Shown here piece by piece: positions 18,694-28,704 of a DNA stretch of 64,000 nt; position 1 is the stretch's first letter; each line of letters opens with the position of its first letter. Below the pieces are notes generated by a model, which saw only the letters and a list, made by a program, of their open reading frames with translations, was not told where the DNA came from and ran no database searches. The position numbers and the translations under genes were made by a program. This stretch comes from Candidatus Woesearchaeota archaeon (lineage in GTDB: Archaea; Nanobdellota; Nanobdellia; SCGC-AAA011-G17; GW2011-AR18): the NCBI GenBank assembly GCA_018302545.1, contig JAGVZM010000003.1, forward strand, positions 111,680 to 175,679. The letters are read 5' to 3'.

Positions 18694-20201
18694 TTTTTGA
18701 TCACCTTTGCATTTCTAAACCAGTTTAAATCTCCAGTAACCCCTAAAACTTTTCTTATATCTTTTTGTTCATGTAACATCATAGATAATCTTTCAACACC
18801 CAGTCCCCATGCAATAACAGGAACATTAATTCCATAAGGTTCTAAAGCTTCAGGTCTAAATACACCAGAATTAATTAATTCAACCCACTTTCCTAATTGC
18901 TCATTATATCCAATTGCTTCCATTGAAGGTTCTGTATAAGGATTATATGTCGGTTTAAACTTAATTTTATAAACTCCCATTCTATTATAAAACTCTTTGA
19001 TATAACCCATTAAATCTCGTAAAGTTAATCCCTCATCCATAATAAATCCTTCACTTTGATGGAATTCAGGAAGATGCGTAGCATCTATAGCTTCATTTCT
19101 AAATATTCTACTAACATAGAAATATTTACAAGGGGCTTTAACATTTTTCTCGCCAAAATATCTATAAGTTGTTGCAGTTGTATGTGTCCTCATTAGCAAT
19201 TCCTTAGCTAGTTTCTCATCCCATTTATATCCATAACCTTTACTGCCACACTTTCCACCAGTTTCATGCATTTCAGCAACTTTTTTAGCGAGTTTAGTAG
19301 GTATTTTTCCTTCATAAGGTAAAAAGAAAGTGTCCTGTACATCTCTTGCAGGATGGTTTTGAGGAATCCACATTGAGTCCATACACCAAAATGCAGTTTC
19401 TACTAAAGGCCCTTCCATTTCTTGAAAACCCATATCCATAAATATTCTTCTTATTTGATTAATCGTCTCTTGTAATGGATGTAATCTTCCAGAATGAACT
19501 CTAGGAACTTCAACTTTAATATCATAACTCCTAAAACTTTTCTTTTCCCAACTTTTATCTTTAATTATCTCTGTAGTTACTTGATCTATTAAATCAATGT
19601 TTAAATTAGACTTTGTTAACTCCCTACCCAAATCATTTAAGATTATCCTCCTATCTTTAACAAGTTGTAAACTAACTAAGCCTCTATTTCTGAGCAACTC
19701 AAAAACATTTTTATCAACATCTGATAAATTTAATCTTTCATTTAAAAGCTTAGAAAACAATTCTTCTTCTTCGCTCTTTTTATCTCCTTCTTTTTTACCC
19801 TTTTCACTAAGTTTTACACATAATCCATTGCTTCTAGAAACTTCAACCAAATAACCTTTTTTCAATAAACCAACAGATACATTAATCTCAATATCATTTA
19901 AATTAGTCTTTTTCTTAAGTTGATCTAAACTGATAAGATCACTATTCAAATTTTTAATCACAGTTCTCTCAGGTAATTCTTTATAATTTTTAGCTTTATC
20001 ACTTAAAACAACAAATTTTTTTTCTTCAACATTCAATTTTAATACATTCTTATATTCCAAATCAGATACAGCTTTTATTACTTGTACTTCCTGTAAACCA
20101 GAATTCTTAACGAGCTCATCAAAGTCTTTATACTTTCCTAATAATGGAATTATTTTTCTCTCTAAAGGGTGTAATTTGTTAATTAACCTCTTAATGTCCA
20201 T
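18687..20201 (-). CDS. pheS: Phenylalanine--tRNA ligase alpha subunit (archaeal type)
   Basis: Class II motifs HPARDVQDTFF, FRNEAIDATHLPEFHQSEG and GLGVERL. N-terminal winged-helix repeats. Confidence 0.9.
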   Translation of the reverse strand: MDIKRLINKLHPLERKIIPLLGKYKDFDELVKNSGLQEVQVIKAVSDLEYKNVLKLNVEEKKFVVLSDKAKNYKELPERTVIKNLNSDLISLDQLKKKTNLNDIEINVSVGLLKKGYLVEVSRSNGLCVKLSEKGKKEGDKKSEEEELFSKLLNERLNLSDVDKNVFELLRNRGLVSLQLVKDRRIILNDLGRELTKSNLNIDLIDQVTTEIIKDKSWEKKSFRSYDIKVEVPRVHSGRLHPLQETINQIRRIFMDMGFQEMEGPLVETAFWCMDSMWIPQNHPARDVQDTFFLPYEGKIPTKLAKKVAEMHETGGKCGSKGYGYKWDEKLAKELLMRTHTTATTYRYFGEKNVKAPCKYFYVSRIFRNEAIDATHLPEFHQSEGFIMDEGLTLRDLMGYIKEFYNRMGVYKIKFKPTYNPYTEPSMEAIGYNEQLGKWVELINSGVFRPEALEPYGINVPVIAWGLGVERLSMMLHEQKDIRKVLGVTGDLNWFRNAKVIKKW

Positions 20202-20260
20202 AGAAAGTTATCTTAATTTTAGATATTTAAGAGTATTGGTTTGATCTAAGAATTAAAAAA

Positions 20261-21049
20261 TTACTTCCAAACATTCTCAAATAAAGCTTTCAAAGTTTGT
20301 GCAAAAAAAGGAGTATTTACCCATATTCCAACATCTGAAACCTCGTTTGAACCTTTGTCATCGTTAACCATAAACATAATATGTTTTCCATCAACAACAA
20401 CAAATCTTGAGTTTAAATCTACATCTTTAATTTGAGCATATTCTTTTAACTCTTCAGCAGCTTTTCTTCCCCTATCTGTCTTTAAAGGAGCAGCGATTCT
20501 AATATTAATTTTATTAGCATGAGCTTTTTTAATCGTGTTCTTCATACTTTCCAGTTTTCTTATAATACCACTCTCAGTAGTAGCAATTAAAACCTCTTGT
20601 TCAGCATTAGCCATTAAATTAATAATATGATCATAAACATTATTTCTACCTTTAAAACTTCCCGAGATTGTTGTAGGATCAACATGAGTAACCCCTTGTT
20701 TAAATAATAAGTTTAATTCCTCAAAAACATCTGTTTTTTGTACTTCATCAACACCTTTAATTTCATCTTCAGCTTTATCATGAATTCCTTTTTTTACTCT
20801 TATAACAATTTCACTAGGAGAAACAGCCAAATATTTTATAGGTCTTCCTAATTTCATAATAATAAATCCTTTTTTTTCCAAACTTTCAAGAACATCATAA
20901 CTTCTGCTTCTAGGAACATTACTCATATCAGATAATTCTCCTGCAGTAGCAGACCCTTTACTAAGTAAGGCTGTCCAAACCTTAACTTCATAAATATTAA
21001 GATTAAATGCGCTTCTTAACTTCTTCAATAAACTTTCACTTACTATCAT
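20261..21049 (-). CDS. TrmB family transcriptional regulator
   Basis: The N-terminal wHTH YEVKVWTALLSKGSATAGELSDMSNVPRSRSYDVLESLEKKGF plus a C-terminal TrmB sensing domain. Confidence 0.8.
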   Translation of the reverse strand: MIVSESLLKKLRSAFNLNIYEVKVWTALLSKGSATAGELSDMSNVPRSRSYDVLESLEKKGFIIMKLGRPIKYLAVSPSEIVIRVKKGIHDKAEDEIKGVDEVQKTDVFEELNLLFKQGVTHVDPTTISGSFKGRNNVYDHIINLMANAEQEVLIATTESGIIRKLESMKNTIKKAHANKINIRIAAPLKTDRGRKAAEELKEYAQIKDVDLNSRFVVVDGKHIMFMVNDDKGSNEVSDVGIWVNTPFFAQTLKALFENVWK

Positions 21050-21134
21050 TTTAACTACTTGAGGGTAATGTCATTTATATAAACCTTTCGAAATTAGTAA
21101 CTTAATAGTAGAGATAATGATAGTAGTAATCTAA

Positions 21135-22721
21135 TTACTCTAATAATTTATTTTGTGCATATTTTAAAGAGAAATAGGCAGCAACACTCAGTAGGATGTT
21201 ATAAATAACTAATCTCCAAACAAGTTCACTAAATCTTTCAAATGTAAAATTAAATAAGATAATTCTTTTCAAAAGATTTTCAGCAACAACAAAAGGATTA
21301 TACAATATAAAACTCTTTAAGTACAAAGGCAAAGTTTCTAATGGTAAAATCGTATTTGAAAAGAAAATTGAAATAATTATCACTATTAAAACAGCCACAT
21401 TTGAAGTTTCTTGTGAATTTGTAAAGTATCCTATGAATAATCCAGCTAAAATAAACATACTTAATATTAATAATAAAGGTAAAAAAAGAGCTCCAATTAC
21501 TTGAAGACCAAAATTAACAAACAAACTTAATAATATGAATATAACAATTAAATGGAATAAAATTATTATAAATGTAGTTAAATATGATCCCATTAAAAAA
21601 ACAATTTGCGGTGTTGCAGCTATATTATTTCTAAAATTCGCACTTGAAATTCTTTCATTTAATACTAAACTAGAAGCAACCATTAAACAAACAAACATAA
21701 TAATTAAAACTAGAAAAGTAGGCAAAAACTTACCAATATAAGTTCCTTGTACTGCTATAGGTTCTACTTTTGTTTTTATTGGACTAACAATATTTTCAGG
21801 ATTTGTAATCTTTATACTATTGAGATCATTAACAATAGTTTGAACATCCTGTTTTAAATTATTAACCTTAATTATACTATTACTAGAAGTGCTAGGTATC
21901 CCAGATAATCCTTTAGAAATTTCCTCTATTTTATTATCTGCTACTATAACATCAGCAACAAGACTATTTAATTTACTATCTAAAGCTTTAAGCTGATCTT
22001 CTATCAAAGATTCATTTGTTTTACTTATATTATATATTTTAACAATATTTCTAAAATCTTTCATCAAATTTGCAGTTTTAAAATCAGTATAATTAGCATT
22101 TAATGTTATTCCAGAAGCAGTAGATTGTAAAGTTGTGGCTATATTACTTATCTGATTTTGATCTGTTGTCAGATTATCTAAAATTATTAATTTGCTGTTA
22201 AGTTGAGTTTCAGAATTAATTAATTTACTTAAAAGGTCTTTTGTAATACCCAAGCTTAATTCACTAGATATCTTAAGTACATTCTGATTTATATCAGATA
22301 TAATGATATAAACAATATTAATCTTACTAGGATCAACATAGAATGTAATCTTATTAGAAGAATCATTACTTAAAATCATATTTGGAGAAAACTCTAAGCA
22401 TGCAGTATATTGTCCGCTTTTAACACCAGATAAACAATCAACAGAGTTATTTGATTTTGTAATAATATAATTTCCATCTTCTAAATTATCTATTATTTTA
22501 TTACTAAGTTCACTATAACTATCAGAATAAGTTGCTATTGGAACATCCAATAAAGAGGAATTATTAAAAGCCAGAATAATCAATAACATAATAAGCAACG
22601 GACCAAAAATTATTATAAATGCAGAACTTTTAGATCTAAGTATAATCTTAAAATTCTTAACTATTACAGCCCAGATACTAACCAGTATACTAATAAATTC
22701 CTCTTTTTTTACTTTCTTCAT
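21135..22721 (-). CDS. ABC-2 type transporter permease with a large extracytoplasmic loop
   Basis: N-terminal TM, a ~300 aa coiled Ser/Asn-rich loop, then five C-terminal TMs. Overlaps the ATPase gene. Confidence 0.65.
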   Translation of the reverse strand: MKKVKKEEFISILVSIWAVIVKNFKIILRSKSSAFIIIFGPLLIMLLIILAFNNSSLLDVPIATYSDSYSELSNKIIDNLEDGNYIITKSNNSVDCLSGVKSGQYTACLEFSPNMILSNDSSNKITFYVDPSKINIVYIIISDINQNVLKISSELSLGITKDLLSKLINSETQLNSKLIILDNLTTDQNQISNIATTLQSTASGITLNANYTDFKTANLMKDFRNIVKIYNISKTNESLIEDQLKALDSKLNSLVADVIVADNKIEEISKGLSGIPSTSSNSIIKVNNLKQDVQTIVNDLNSIKITNPENIVSPIKTKVEPIAVQGTYIGKFLPTFLVLIIMFVCLMVASSLVLNERISSANFRNNIAATPQIVFLMGSYLTTFIIILFHLIVIFILLSLFVNFGLQVIGALFLPLLLILSMFILAGLFIGYFTNSQETSNVAVLIVIIISIFFSNTILPLETLPLYLKSFILYNPFVVAENLLKRIILFNFTFERFSELVWRLVIYNILLSVAAYFSLKYAQNKLLE

Positions 22722-23658
22722 TATATATAGCCTTTCTATACATATTATTAAATATTACCTCTAATGGTATCTTTACTAAATCCATATGGATTAGATTATC
22801 ATCACAATTACTATAATACTGATTTAGATACTTTAATAAGTTTCTGGTGTCTTTGGCAAATAACAATAATGATTTTTCATCTAACCTATAATCTTCAATT
22901 AAACCAGTTTGAAATAATGAATCTAGCAAAGATTTATAATTCCCTAATTCTGTTTCTATTTTTATTAATTCATTTTTCTTCAACTCTAATTTAATCTCTT
23001 TTGGATTTTCAAAAGTGATGACTCTTTTATTACTTATAACCAATATTTTATTACATAACTGGTTGATATCCTCTAGAATGTGAGAAGAGATTATTATTGT
23101 AGTGCCTGTCTCATTAATTCTCTTTATTAACTCCATCATATTTCTTCTTAAAGTAGGATCAAGATTAGCAGTAGGTTCATCTAAGAATAATAATTCAGGA
23201 TCATGAATTAAAGAACAAGCCAAATCTAATCTTTTTTGCATACCTATAGACATATTCCCTCCATAAAGATCTTCTGTTCCTCTTAAATCTAATATTTCTA
23301 ATAAAGACTGTATCCTACTCCTTCTATCCTCTCTAGATATTCCATATAGCTTAGCAAAATAATTTAAATTTTCAACCACACTTAAATTTTTATAAAAAGA
23401 ACCTTCTTGTGCAGCAAAACCAACTTTTTTCTTAAATTCATTATTTAATTTATGTATAGGGTCTTTATTATAATAAATATCTCCTGAATTAGGTTTTAAA
23501 AATCCAACTAACATATTAAGTAATGTAGTTTTACCACAACCACTCTTTCCAATAAGACCTAGAATACTTCCTTTCTCTACACTAAAACTAACTTGATCAA
23601 ATACTATAAAATTATTAAATCTCTTACTAACATTCACCACCTCTATTATACTATCCAT
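22690..23658 (-). CDS. ABC transporter ATP-binding protein
   Basis: Walker A GKSGCGKTT, signature SIGMQKRL, Walker B LLFLDEPT. Confidence 0.9.
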   Translation of the reverse strand: MDSIIEVVNVSKRFNNFIVFDQVSFSVEKGSILGLIGKSGCGKTTLLNMLVGFLKPNSGDIYYNKDPIHKLNNEFKKKVGFAAQEGSFYKNLSVVENLNYFAKLYGISREDRRSRIQSLLEILDLRGTEDLYGGNMSIGMQKRLDLACSLIHDPELLFLDEPTANLDPTLRRNMMELIKRINETGTTIIISSHILEDINQLCNKILVISNKRVITFENPKEIKLELKKNELIKIETELGNYKSLLDSLFQTGLIEDYRLDEKSLLLFAKDTRNLLKYLNQYYSNCDDNLIHMDLVKIPLEVIFNNMYRKAIYNEESKKRGIY

Positions 23659-23737
23659 TATTAATATAGATTAGGATCAACTTGTTTTTAAGCTTAACTA
23701 TAGCAACAATTAAATATAGAAAAAAATCTAAAATTAT

Positions 23738-24577
23738 ATGAAACATAATCTAATAGTAACTTTAACTTTAATTTTTTTATTCTTAATTTCACATCTCGTT
23801 GGGTTTTTTATAATAAACCATTATCTTCCAGAAGAAAAATCACTTCCATTAGGAATAGAAAAACCAAAATTAGATCCACAAACTTCCTTTATTCCAATAT
23901 TCTTAATATTATTAGGAGCTACTCTTTTAGCTTTATTATTAATTAAATTAGGAGCATTTAGAATATGGAAAGCTTGGTTTTTCTTAAGTATCTTTTTCAC
24001 ATTATTAATAGCACTCTCAGCATTTACTGGAGTTCTTGTGGGATTTATATTAGCCTTATTCCTGGCTTTATTCAAAACATTCAGACCAACTCCCTTGCTT
24101 CATAACTTTACAGAAATTTTTATCTATGGGGGATTAGCATCATTATTTGTGCCCATCTTAAATATTTGGTCTGTGTCTATACTATTAATTTTAATATCTA
24201 TATATGATATGATAGCAGTTTGGAAAACAAAACACATGGTTTCTATGGCAAAATTCCAAACAAAATCCAAAATGTTTGTTGGGTTATTAATACCCTATAA
24301 AAAATCTTTAAACTCTAAAAAAATTAATTTAAAAAAACAAAGAAATGATAATTTAGAGGCAATACTTGGTGGAGGAGATATAGCCTTTCCTTTAATGTTC
24401 TCAGGTGTAATACTAAAAACAAGTGGATTTTTACCTGCCTTAATTGCATCTGTAACTGCAGCTTTAGCTTTATTATTATTATTTATGCTTGCAAAAAAAG
24501 ATAAATTTTATCCAGCAATGCCATTCATTACAGCAGGATCTTTCATAGGATATTTGCTAATCTACTTATTATTTTGA
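23738..24577 (+). CDS. Presenilin / signal-peptide-peptidase homologue (A22-type GxGD intramembrane aspartyl protease)
   Basis: Polytopic, with the motifs ISIYDMIAVWKTKHM (YD), LGGGDIAFPLMF (GxGD) and GFLPALIAS (PAL) in the canonical order. Confidence 0.75.
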   Translation: MKHNLIVTLTLIFLFLISHLVGFFIINHYLPEEKSLPLGIEKPKLDPQTSFIPIFLILLGATLLALLLIKLGAFRIWKAWFFLSIFFTLLIALSAFTGVLVGFILALFLALFKTFRPTPLLHNFTEIFIYGGLASLFVPILNIWSVSILLILISIYDMIAVWKTKHMVSMAKFQTKSKMFVGLLIPYKKSLNSKKINLKKQRNDNLEAILGGGDIAFPLMFSGVILKTSGFLPALIASVTAALALLLLFMLAKKDKFYPAMPFITAGSFIGYLLIYLLF

Positions 24578-25138
24578 CCAAGCGTAAATTGTTAGACTAC
24601 TATAGTTTCCTAATCTAATATTATTATTTGTAGGATCCTCTATGGTAATGTCTGGAAAACTCATTGTTGTTGATTTAATATAAATGTGTTTTTCTTGAGG
24701 CAATGAATTCTTAAAATTAGTTTCTCTTTCATCTAAATTAGAACCTTGACTAGCAGGGGCATAGTAGCACTCGTAAATGTCTCCTGTTAAATTCAAACCA
24801 CAAGTTCTAACTGCATAATCCCAAGGATGAGCACTAGTTGGATAAGATAAAAACCCAATATAGCCTCTTACACATTCAGCACTACCTAATGTTTGAGGAG
24901 GAGTGTTAGTATCATTATCAAAATCAAAAGTATGGCTTCCACCTAAAACACAATTTCTAAAATAAGCATTTTCCTGCATCTCTTTTAGTATTGACTTTGT
25001 AGTCTGATCTAAATCTGGTGGAACTGCTGCAGTATCTTTTGGAACTTTAGGTAAAATTGCTATCATAAAACCAAGAACTATAATTATAGCAATTATTGCT
25101 TCTAGTATCTTTAAAAATCCATGTTTATTCATCACCAT
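24569..25138 (-). CDS. Pilin-like protein with a class III signal peptide (last gene of the pilus operon)
   Basis: N-terminus MVMNKHGFLKILEAIIAIIIVLGFMIAIL. 7-nt overlap with the upstream gene. Confidence 0.55.
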   Translation of the reverse strand: MVMNKHGFLKILEAIIAIIIVLGFMIAILPKVPKDTAAVPPDLDQTTKSILKEMQENAYFRNCVLGGSHTFDFDNDTNTPPQTLGSAECVRGYIGFLSYPTSAHPWDYAVRTCGLNLTGDIYECYYAPASQGSNLDERETNFKNSLPQEKHIYIKSTTMSFPDITIEDPTNNNIRLGNYSSLTIYAWSK

Positions 25139-26247
25139 GTTTTTATCCTCACTTTTACTGGAATTTTAACACCATCATCAGTAATTAAAAAACTATTAAA
25201 ATTTCTAACAAATACTTGCACATTTTCAGGAGGTTGTAAATTATTTGATGGAAATATAACATTAACATTAGAGGAACCTTGAGGCAAAGCTTCTACTGTT
25301 ATTATAAACTCTTTCAAATCAGGAAAACCCCACTTTTCTTTTATACATCCATAACCTATAGTACAGCCACTTCCAAGATCAATATTATTCAAATTCATAA
25401 AACTAGCTAAATCTATTCCTTCTAAACTTTCTTCTATTCCTATATCATATATTACAGGACATAAAGCAGCAACTTGATTATCATAAGGCCATGTTGTATT
25501 TCCAGAACCTAAACAAGCAGTTAAAGCTCCTGTAATATCTAAACTGGTTGAATCTGTATCAAAATTAATTGGAATATCTGAAAACATCAAATAATATTTT
25601 GTTTTATCTGGCATTTGTCCATTAGCTTGTGTAAAAAACTTTCCAGGAATACCAAAACCATTGTTCTCATCCCTATATTTAGTTTGATTGTCTCTTTCAG
25701 CTAGATTATGAGAATTGTATTGGGCTCTAGCAGCAATAACTAAACTCACATCAAGTTGTCTAGGATCACTACCACAAAAAGTCAATCCACCAGTAGCATT
25801 ATTACAAACTGGTAAAGGATTCTCATTAGAAACTAAAAAATTAGCACCATTGGGAGGATTATCTGTTGGAGTTTTAACTGCATAATAAGATTCAGCAAAT
25901 AAATTATCATTTAGATTATCAAGATAAGTAGTAAATCTATTATTAAAAGGAGTAGTAGCACAATTAGAGTTACAACTAACATTTATACTGTTCCTAGTTA
26001 ACAAAACAACTTGTTCATTAACAATACTTTCATTAGCATGATATAAAAAAATCGGAACTATATTGACTCTTTTATTAATATCATTCATAAATCCATCCTG
26101 AACAATATCCAATAATGTGTCTGAATCATAAACAGGAGTTAAACCTGGCCTAAATAAAATAAACATAAAAACAAGAGTTATCAAAAACAAACCAAGAGCG
26201 ATTATCCAATCTATTTCTTGTCCTATTCCTCTTTTATTATTAAACAT
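25132..26247 (-). CDS. Large pilin-like / pilus-associated protein with a class III signal peptide
   Basis: N-terminus MFNNKRGIGQEIDWIIALGLFLITLVFMFILF. 371 aa, Asn/Thr-rich with many N-x-S/T sequons. Confidence 0.55.
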   Translation of the reverse strand: MFNNKRGIGQEIDWIIALGLFLITLVFMFILFRPGLTPVYDSDTLLDIVQDGFMNDINKRVNIVPIFLYHANESIVNEQVVLLTRNSINVSCNSNCATTPFNNRFTTYLDNLNDNLFAESYYAVKTPTDNPPNGANFLVSNENPLPVCNNATGGLTFCGSDPRQLDVSLVIAARAQYNSHNLAERDNQTKYRDENNGFGIPGKFFTQANGQMPDKTKYYLMFSDIPINFDTDSTSLDITGALTACLGSGNTTWPYDNQVAALCPVIYDIGIEESLEGIDLASFMNLNNIDLGSGCTIGYGCIKEKWGFPDLKEFIITVEALPQGSSNVNVIFPSNNLQPPENVQVFVRNFNSFLITDDGVKIPVKVRIKTW

Positions 26248-27173
26248 TTGAACCTCTTTAATATAAACCTAGTGGGAATCATTAATAAAATTAGTGATTC
26301 TGCAGGATCAACAATTCCAGTTGCAGTACTTATAACTAAATATCCGCCTAAAGTCATAATTATAGAATGTTTTACTCCAGATTTATAATCTCCTTCACTA
26401 AATTTCCCAGTCATTAATCCTGCAAAAATACCCTGAACAATAATTGTAGTAATAAATATTGGGTTAAAATCAACATTGCCAGCACTTCCACCTAAACCAG
26501 TTATTCCTAAAGTTCCTAATCCCTGGCCAACATCACCTCCAACCAAACTTAATTTAGGTATTAAATAGATCTGCAAAACTATCATTATTGCAACAAAAAA
26601 GAAATAAATAAAATAGCTCTGTATAGTTTGTGTATAAGCATTACTCTTTCTTTCATCCTTTATTTTTTTAATTTCAAAAACAGACTTTGTAACAGCCTCT
26701 AAAACAGAACTCATGTCACCTCCACTTCTCTCAGCTTCTATAACAATATTTATTGATCTTTTAATTACTTTATTATCTGTATCTTCAGCAAAAATATTAA
26801 AAGCAGTATGAAGTGGATAACCCCATTCCAATTGATGTGCTAATTTTACAACATAAGGAGTTAAACTTCCAAAATTAACATTAGATACATGTATAATTGC
26901 TTGAGGAATAGTAACTCCAGATCTAACATTTTCTACTAAACTTCTAACAAACTCTAAAAATTTAATTTCTAACTCTTTTTGTCTTTTATTCTCTTCTAGA
27001 AAATCAAATAGGAATGCTAAACCTGCAATTAAAAATCCAACTACCAATATCGGGTTAAAATACCAAACTTTTGGACCAAAATTTGAAGTAAAATTAAAAA
27101 ATAAGATAACATCTATTAAAATTATTATACTCCCTAAAATTAATCCTATCCAATGTTTTGGTTTTAATTCCAT
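26223..27173 (-). CDS. Type II secretion system F / FlaJ-TadC-like platform protein (single T2SSF domain)
   Basis: T2SSF-like cytosolic helical bundle VRSLVENVRSGVTIPQAI ... IEAERSGGDMSSVLEAV flanked by TM helices. Confidence 0.7.
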   Translation of the reverse strand: MELKPKHWIGLILGSIIILIDVILFFNFTSNFGPKVWYFNPILVVGFLIAGLAFLFDFLEENKRQKELEIKFLEFVRSLVENVRSGVTIPQAIIHVSNVNFGSLTPYVVKLAHQLEWGYPLHTAFNIFAEDTDNKVIKRSINIVIEAERSGGDMSSVLEAVTKSVFEIKKIKDERKSNAYTQTIQSYFIYFFFVAIMIVLQIYLIPKLSLVGGDVGQGLGTLGITGLGGSAGNVDFNPIFITTIIVQGIFAGLMTGKFSEGDYKSGVKHSIIMTLGGYLVISTATGIVDPAESLILLMIPTRFILKRFKCLIIKEE

Positions 27174-28517
27174 TTATAATCCCTTTCCTGAGCTATTGAT
27201 AAATACCATAAACCCTATATTAAGTAAAGGAAGTGCAGCCAATACAGATATCCATGCAATTATTCCTACGCTTACTCCAGCTAAATCTCCACCAATAGAA
27301 TTAATTATTGCTAGAGTTACTAATAATAATAATGGGGATGCTATTAAAATAGCAGTATATATTTCAGAATACGTTCCTAAAGCTTGCACTTGTTTTTGTC
27401 TATCTAATTTATAAGTATTTAATGCTTCTTCAGATTTCTCATTTAAATAAGCCCTAAGGTCACCACCAGTTTCTATTGTCGAAATCATCCCATTTAATAA
27501 TTCTTTAAATTCAGGATTTGGTGTTATTTTTGCAATTTTAGCTAATGCTGTAGTTAAATTATATCCAAATAAGTTGACATAATTTAATATCTTCTTAATT
27601 TCTTTTTTTAACTCAGGGTATTCATCAGATTCAACAATCAATTGAAAGATACTTATAGGTTGTGCACCACTACCAGCAACAGCACTCATATGCACTAATG
27701 CAAAGGGCAATTCTAATTTTATTTTTTGATTCTTTCCACCTATCAAACTAGCTGGATAAAAGTAAAATCCTGCAAAAGTGAAGATCATTCCAAAAAAAGA
27801 GATTAAAGCAATAACCAAAATATTTAAATTAAAAGCAAAATTCAAAGCTAAAAAAAATAAGAATATTCCTGGAAATGATAATAATGTAAAAAATAACATC
27901 ATACTAACATAACTTCTAGATAGTAAATCTAATTCAACCATATTAAAATATTTAAACATTGGTTTAAAAAATTCAGGATATTTTTCAACTAAATTATCAG
28001 CTAAACCTTTCATAAATTTATTAGCAATTTTTGCAAAATCATTTGGTTTGTATATAGTATAGAACTCTTTTTCTAAGGCCATCTTGCCTCTAGATTTTAT
28101 TCTTTCTTCTTCTCTTTTCTTAAACTTATTAAGTTCTGATTCTGTTAAATTAATCTCATTTAAATATTTCTTTTTCTCTTGTGAATTCAGTTTCTTAAAT
28201 TTACTAGAACTAAAATTTGGTAAAGGCAAAGACTGCATATTCTCTCTTAAAACTATCTTTTTAGGTTTGGGTAAAACAAGCTGTGGCTTTGGCAATGGTT
28301 TCTTCTCATCAACCTTCTCAGATGAAGATAGAGCATTAATTAATTTAGTATTTTCATTTTCAATGCTATTAAGTATATTATTTCTATTATTGAAAAATTT
28401 ATCGTAAGTTATTCTATTTTTTACTTTATCAATTTTAACTATTTCTGTATCTATATTATCAAGTTCTTCAACTAGTTTCTGAATTTTTCTAGCTCCTTCA
28501 ATAATATCACTTGACAT
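27174..28517 (-). CDS. Type II secretion system F / FlaJ-TadB-like platform protein with a long N-terminal coiled/basic extension
   Basis: LPFALVHMSAVAGSGAQPISIF ... ISTIETGGDLRAYL is the T2SSF domain. About 190 aa of K/E/N-rich N-terminus, with TM helices. Confidence 0.7.
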   Translation of the reverse strand: MSSDIIEGARKIQKLVEELDNIDTEIVKIDKVKNRITYDKFFNNRNNILNSIENENTKLINALSSSEKVDEKKPLPKPQLVLPKPKKIVLRENMQSLPLPNFSSSKFKKLNSQEKKKYLNEINLTESELNKFKKREEERIKSRGKMALEKEFYTIYKPNDFAKIANKFMKGLADNLVEKYPEFFKPMFKYFNMVELDLLSRSYVSMMLFFTLLSFPGIFLFFLALNFAFNLNILVIALISFFGMIFTFAGFYFYPASLIGGKNQKIKLELPFALVHMSAVAGSGAQPISIFQLIVESDEYPELKKEIKKILNYVNLFGYNLTTALAKIAKITPNPEFKELLNGMISTIETGGDLRAYLNEKSEEALNTYKLDRQKQVQALGTYSEIYTAILIASPLLLLVTLAIINSIGGDLAGVSVGIIAWISVLAALPLLNIGFMVFINSSGKGL

Positions 28518-28704
28518 TTTTCTCTTTCTCTATCAATTTATTTAGTCCTGCAAGTAAATATAGAAATTGCTTTTTAAAATTATTTAACTGGTTTTTATAC
28601 TGTTCACTATTCTTATCTATTTTAGGATCTTGTAAAAATTTCTCATAATTCTCAGCAACCTCAACTAAGATGCTTGAATTTTGTTTTAATAGGACATTAC
28701 TCAT
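28507..28704 (-). CDS. Small helical protein (65 aa), pilus operon component of unknown role
   Basis: Overlaps both neighbours (4 and 11 nt), which implies translational coupling. Confidence 0.45.
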   Translation of the reverse strand: MSNVLLKQNSSILVEVAENYEKFLQDPKIDKNSEQYKNQLNNFKKQFLYLLAGLNKLIEKEKNVK

